From positions 32,612,001 to 32,676,000 of the forward strand of contig OZ024754.1 in NCBI GenBank assembly GCA_964016885.1: a stretch of DNA of 64,000 bases. Direction: 5' to 3'. A program made the translations under genes and the position numbers. Origin of the DNA: Eledone cirrhosa. Lineage: Eukaryota. A model generated the notes under the pieces. That model was not told the origin of the DNA. It saw only the letters and a list, made by a program, of their open reading frames with translations, and did no database searches. The stretch's first letter is position 1, and every line of letters starts with the position of its first letter. This document shows, piece after piece, positions 57,186 to 64,000 of this stretch.

Positions 57186-57402
57186 TCTGCTGCTGTAATG
57201 ACAGCGTGAATCTACAGTAACTACACGTTACCCTCCCTGGATAATTATATATATATACATACATACATATATATATATATGATGAAACGGCTTGAGCTCT
57301 GCCGTCGGGGTCATACATTTTCCTATTACCCACTCTACTACCCTAAGTATTGAGTACGCTGGTGCGTTTTGGTCCACCTGGTTCCTTACCACAACTCCTT
57401 CG

Positions 57403-57485
<83 letters not shown>

Positions 57486-57496
57486 CATATATATTT

Positions 57497-57528
<32 letters not shown>

Positions 57529-57596
57529 CAAGGTTTAGAAAATAAGAAAAAGTTTCAAAATAAATTAAAAAAAATTAACTTTACTCACTATGGTTA

Positions 57597-57680
57597 CCTT
57601 TACTGAATCGGTTTCGAGTCTCAAAAATAAATGGACAGTCCTTACGGCATCCATTGCAAAGATAAACTCTCGTCAGAAGG
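57597..57680 (-). ncRNA. Hammerhead-like motif with long stem II
   Basis: CCTT-CTGACGA-GAGTTT...AATGGAT/GTCCATT...AGACTC-GAAAC-CGATTCAGTAAAGG. Confidence 0.55.
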
Positions 57681-58196
57681 ATCTTTTCAGCCGGAGAATC
57701 TAAAATTCCCGAGTTCAAATTACGAATTGGCGCTATTCAAAATTGTTCCCGAGATGAGAATAAATGATGTGGAAGAAATTCCGTCAAGTGACGTGTGTAA
57801 AGATAGAAGAAAAGGCAGTGAGGTCAATCTACTACCACTATAACTAGCAGCAGTCAGAACGTCCAAATTTTTTCTCGACCAAGAGGAGAATAATAATAAA
57901 GTATATATCCCTACACGCACAAAGCGCTTAGGGACAACCACATTGGCATATGGTTGAACAATACATGTGTCCCTCTGTCGTCGGGGTCCTGCTTCTTTTC
58001 CATATATATATATATAAACACACACACATATATGTATATATATTTATATAACTTTCTATTTGTTTTCTAACTCTATCTTTTAATGAAGGACCAGTGTCCG
58101 AAACGGTAAGACTCCTTTACTGGTATTTCAAGCGTGAAACTAATATATTTCTTTAATCTATTGTGTCGTTTGCTTTGTTATTCCTGTTTACTTTTT

Positions 58197-58241
<45 letters not shown>

Positions 58242-58264
58242 CACACACACACACACTCACACAG

Positions 58265-58331
<67 letters not shown>

Positions 58332-58354
58332 TATATACACATATATATATATAT

Positions 58355-58740
58355 GGTAGTGGCTGCCAACTCGTTTTCGAGTACGGCCACTACTTTATAT
58401 CCATGTAGGAGAACCCCTACCAATGCGCTGAACGAGTGTGACTTTTTAGTCCAGCCAGCGACTTGAAAACTCTGGTACAAACACTACACTTGTGATAATT
58501 ATTGACACATAGTGCTGGGCCCATGGTACCATGTGACGACAAGTGCTGAGAGATCTCCAGATATAAAGCAATGCCTGTGCCGTGAAGCTTTTATAGTGAG
58601 CAAAGGTACTGCACAGAGCCAGTCCCACTCTTCTTAACCAAGATGATATTTACCAAAAAGAAGAACAAGTCAACATCATTGGATACCATCAGGGTTGCAG
58701 GTGTTATATCAGAGTTTTCCTTCTCCTAGAATTCTGCCTT
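58355..58740 (-). mobile_element. Diverged, longer copy of the RTE-UTR-like repeat
   Basis: TCTAGGAGAAGGAAAACTCTGA and GAGTGGGACTGGCTCTGTGC...CACAGGCATTGC shared with 5936-6236. Confidence 0.5.
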
Positions 58741-59217
58741 GACATACATACATACGTACATACATACACACACATACATACATACACACATACACACATA
58801 CACACATACATACACACATACATACGTACATACATACACATACATACATACATACATACACACATACATACATACATACACACATACATACACATACATA
58901 CGTACATACATACATATATACATACATACACACACACACATATACATACACACATACATACACATACATACACATATACATACATATATACATACATACA
59001 TACATACATACATACATACATACATACATACACACATACACACATACATACATACATACATACATACATACACACATATACACGAATGCATGTATATATA
59101 TATACGATTAGATCTAAATGCATGTATATACATATATACTTAACAATAATATCAGATAACGGACAGAAGAGAAGTGATAAGACAGATTGACTGACACACA
59201 CACGCACACACACACAC

Positions 59218-59268
<51 letters not shown>

Positions 59269-59304
59269 TATATCTATACATATGCATTAACACCTTTAAC
59301 AGCA

Positions 59305-59345
<41 letters not shown>

Positions 59346-59403
59346 ATACACACACACACACACATATATATCTATACATATGCATTAACACCTTTAACAG
59401 CAA

Positions 59404-59497
<94 letters not shown>

Positions 59498-59739
59498 GTA
59501 TATATATGTTACTATACATTAACACTTTTAACAGCAGCCAATGAGATGTTTTGCTGCTAGCGACCTTATGGTTTGCGTTTGATTATGTAAGCATGGAACT
59601 TATGGAGCGGGTGAGAAAATATCCCCTTTGGCGTTCCATAGCTGAGAATACTTATTTATCTTTATAATTAATCGTTTGGCTAATTATTACACAACATCAA
59701 CAACACGGTCAACGCCCAACACCAAATATAGAGTTGGAT

Positions 59740-60270
59740 CTCCGCCAGTTCCAAAGATGAGTGTTACAGATTTCGGAACAGCTTGCTATTGAAATTAACA
59801 TGCAAGTGACAGAGTGTTCCACAGAAAACACGTACCCATAACGTAAATCTCGCGAAGTTTAAACATGACATTGAGGGCGACAAGGCGAGCTGTTTGGATC
59901 ACCGGTACAATTCTCATTTCTCAGCTGAGTGGAATGGAGGAACGAATATAAAGTGTCTTGCTCAAGGAGACAGCCTTGCGTTGGGAATCAAACTCACGAC
60001 TTTACGATCGTGAGACGAACTTTACTATTAAACCACGTGCCTTTACAACGCCAACATAAAGTTCTGGTACTCCGTCGGTTACAACGACGAGTGTTCCAGT
60101 CGGTACGACCAACGGAACAGCCTGTTATTGAAATGAACGTGCAAGTGATTGAGTATTCCGCAGACACACCTACCCTTAACATGGTTCTCAGGGAGATTCA
60201 ACGTGACACAGAATGTGACAAGGCTGGACTTTAGAATTACAGGTACAACTAATTTTTAGCAGTTGAGTAA
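59740..60270 (-). mobile_element. SINE family B (CORE-like), two adjacent copies
   Basis: B-box-like GAGTTTGATTCCC followed by CCTTGAGCAAGACACTTT; duplicated body GAACAGC...ATTGAAAT...GCAAGTGA. Confidence 0.65.
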
Positions 60271-60390
60271 CGTGTGTTGTTATTTCTCTGAGAAATAACA
60301 ACGCAACCAGGAGCTGGACATATCGGAGTATTGACGGAGTAAAACACACTTCAACAACATGTGTACCTGTCTCTACCACACCAATTCGGA

Positions 60391-60443
60391 CTGCCTGAAG
60401 ATGTCAGAGCCAATGATGGCTGTCACCGAAATATATATAGCAG
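60391..60443 (+). ncRNA. Type I hammerhead-like motif with intact core
   Basis: CTGC-CTGAAGA...AGCCA(ATGA)TGGCT...GAAAT-ATAT-ATA-GCAG. Confidence 0.6.
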
Positions 60444-60587
60444 TATATCTTTAATAAACGAAGCCAAATTTTAAATATTTGACTTAATTATGTTACATTA
60501 CTCCGGAGTAACCAAACCAGCCTGCGTACTTCGTGTCGAGTGCTCCATTCTGCATACTGAGGTGTCGGTAAACAACCAACATATACT

Positions 60588-60659
<72 letters not shown>

Positions 60660-61515
60660 TCGTTAATATATTCTTTCCCTTATTCAAAAAAATATATATA
60701 TATATATTTATGAATAAGGGAAAGAATATATTAACGAATAAAAATATGGAATGAAGGAGGGAATAAAGCAGAGAATAAATTAAGGAAGGAAAAAAAATGC
60801 TAAAGTAGGAGACGTAATTCGCTAAATATGGCAGTTATGAGGTGAAATTGTGTTTAGTGAAGGATGTAAAGGGAAAGATGAGATGTCTTTGTTGCTTTGT
60901 CGTACTTCAATGTCACTATTGATTTGTGTGTGTGTGTGTGTGTAAGTGTGTGTGTGTGTGTGTGTATGTATGTGTGTATGTATGTGTCGCTGGCCGCTCT
61001 GTTTTTCACCCTTTTACGATTATATATATATATATGTATATATGTGAGTGTGTACGCACACACACACACACACACAAACATATATATGTGTGTATGTGTA
61101 CACACACAGAAACATATATATTGTATTTAAATAGTATATATATATATATATTGTATTTATATAATATATATATAATTACATATATATATATATACATATA
61201 TATATATGTGTGTATATATATATATATAGAGAGAGAGAAAGAGATATATACAATATATATTCATATTTGTGTGTGTGTGTCTTTTCTGTGTATATTTGTG
61301 TGTGTGTGTTTGCGTGTGTATGTGTGTGTGTGTGTAAATTTGTGTGAGATAATATAGATATATTTACTTTGTATTCTTTATTTAATATTTCTCAATTTCC
61401 GTTCCAATTTCACATAGACGGTTTCATGGCTCTAACATATTTTATTAAATTTTTTATTGACCAATTTTGTGATAAATGTCTCCGCTTAAGATAAATTTAA
61501 GTATGCCGCTCTTCC

Positions 61516-61555
<40 letters not shown>

Positions 61556-61728
61556 AGTAAGAATATTTTCGAAACACCGAGTGGGTTTGAAATTATTAGA
61601 AATGTAAGCTATCGTCGTATTTTGACTAAAGAAATTATTTAGCCTGATAGTGGGGTTAAGAACCGTCGGAGAAATTGAAAAAGATCAGTATTGACGTACA
61701 ATACATACATACATACATACATATATAT

Positions 61729-61874
<146 letters not shown>

Positions 61875-62013
61875 TAAAATAACAGATTAAACTTTAAGCA
61901 AAGAATCCTTTGCTTCAACTTTAATCTGTTATTTTAATAAATATTTGCTCTACGGTTCTTATATATTTGATATATATTTATCCTTATCGAGCCCTTTTTG
62001 GATATAAAAGTCA

Positions 62014-62113
62014 CGATATAAAAGTCACAGAAGCGAAAACCAACCAAACAGTGAGTGTGTTCTGTTATAAATTCTGGCAATATTATTACACACATATGAC
62101 CCTCCCCAAGTAT

Positions 62114-62170
<57 letters not shown>

Positions 62171-62269
62171 TACTTGGGGAGGGTCATATTTGTGTAATAA
62201 TATTGCCAGAATTTATAACAGAACACACTCACTCTTTGGTTGGTTTTCGCTTCTGTGACTTTTATATCG
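62014..62269. repeat. ~103-bp inverted arms flanking (TA)n
   Basis: Arms 62014-62116 and 62167-62269; fragment of the same sequence at about 29225-29270. Confidence 0.85.
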
Positions 62270-62459
62270 GTTAATTTAATTTATTCGGTCCTCAATGTTA
62301 ACCATTAACTGACCAACGGTCAAAAATACAGATATAATATAGACACAATCACATATATATATTCGAACAAAATTCTTTCGTTGCACATCTGCAACATCGT
62401 CAGTGGTGCTATTATGTTTCCTCCTGTTGTATTATATGCCTACGCCATCTTTATTTATA

Positions 62460-62562
<103 letters not shown>

Positions 62563-62680
62563 CGACAGAAATAGCCGTCGAAACGGCTCGAGCTCTGCCG
62601 TCGGGGTCCTGACTCTTTTCCTATATATAATGCCTAATATTATTAGAGATCAGGATATATACCAGATCTCCTGACCAAAG

Positions 62681-62835
62681 TACGAGGATCGGATGAAAAG
62701 TTGATAGGCTGAACAAGATACTCTCATGGAATGACCACATGAAGTTTATTTTTCTACATAGTTGCTGCAAAAATTTCACAGCTCTAGCAGCACTCCTTCA
62801 TTTTTAGCCTATGAACTTTTCTGTTGACCAACGTA
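62681..62835. mobile_element. Mariner-type MITE remnant
   Basis: Imperfect TIRs TACGAGGATCGGATGAAAAGTTGATAGGCT / AGCCTATGAACTTTTCTGTTGACCAACGTA with TA ends. Confidence 0.65.
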
Positions 62836-63119
62836 TGTTAAATCTTGGATTCTTGGAGAGAAACGCAGCTCTGTAATTCACACGATAGAAATGGCAACGA
62901 TATCTGGAAATTTAAAAATCTGTAAAACATTCGTAAGACTCGAATGATGATCAATTGTAGAATAAACTACGGAAATTGAGTTTTCTTTAAAAGTTTACCA
63001 CCGCAAAGGTGGCCAGTCAAAAATGAACTAAAATTTAGGAAAAACATACATACATACATACATACATACATACATACATACATACATACATACATACATA
63101 CATACATACATACATACAT

Positions 63120-63612
63120 GGTGGCTGTACCCTCGTTATCGAGTATAGCCATTGCACGATATAACATTATTAATCATTATTAATTAATTATAGGGCGGTG
63201 GATTGGCAGTATCGGTAGAGGGTCGGACGCCATGATTTCCAGCATAGTTACGTCCCTTTACGATCTGAGTTCAAATCCCGCCGAGGTTGACTTTGCCTTT
63301 CATCCTTACGGGGTCGATAAAATAAAGTACCAGTAATGCACTGGGTAATTGCTGGCCTTGTGCCTAACGTAGAAACAATTATTAATTAATTCTATCGTGC
63401 AATGCCTATGCGTGAAGACTTTTTTAAAGTGAGGAAAGACTGTGCTCTGAGCCAATCCCACTCTCTGAGAGACAGTAGCTATAACCCTAAAAGAAGAAAA
63501 GATCATCATCATCGGTAACTACTGAGCCGCAGGTTTTATGTCGGAGTAATCCCAGTTTCCTGAGTTGCCTTCTCCTAGAAGAATGTCCTGACAAAGGCTA
63601 GGGGTCCTTCAC
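63120..63612 (-). mobile_element. RTE-UTR-like repeat interrupted by a SINE A insertion (63193-63382, +)
   Basis: Inverted match to 5955-6236 on both sides of the SINE; ATTAATTAATT on both flanks. Confidence 0.75.
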
Positions 63613-64000
63613 ATACATACATACATACATGTATGTATGCATATATACATACATAAATGCATTTATACACATATTTATATATACATTCATACATACATGC
63701 ATATATACATTCATGCGTACATATATGCATACATACACAAACCTATCAATTCATAAATACATACCCATATACATACTCATATGCATACATATATAGACAC
63801 ACACACAGGTACACACACCCATTGACATAGATGCACACACAGAGACACACATACATACACAAACACACACACATATATATATAATACACACACACACACG
63901 CAAACACATTCGCAGAAACACATACACACTCACACCCACTCACACAAACACATACACACTCACACATATATTTAATGAATTTATGGATTTTGGGTGTAAA

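Noticed and set aside
57631-58025. Short non-repetitive ORFs upstream of a hammerhead-like motif as a PLE GIY-YIG remnant
   Set aside because: No recognisable motif; only a vague FELG similarity interrupted by stops

Overview
Eukaryotic, AT-rich, gene-poor window dominated by microsatellites and transposon debris. The SINE families suggest a mollusc, probably an octopod cephalopod (inference). I cannot support any host protein-coding gene; nearly all long ORFs are translations of simple repeats. Main contents: (1) a ~12.2 kb, ~218-copy 56-bp minisatellite (about 11735-24010) with higher-order structure, whose consensus has no + strand stop codon; (2) about 20 copies or fragments of a tRNA-derived SINE, plus a second SINE family; (3) an RTE-like LINE fragment with a twin-priming-type 5' inversion and TSD; (4) a deleted Helitron RepHel remnant, an intact non-autonomous Helitron and a mariner-type MITE; (5) about 18 minimal type I hammerhead-ribozyme-like motifs in short, TA-microsatellite-embedded, often fold-back elements resembling Penelope-like (PLE) pseudo-LTRs or retrozymes. 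One fold-back carries a tRNA cloverleaf where others carry a hammerhead. All coordinates and pairings were read by eye.
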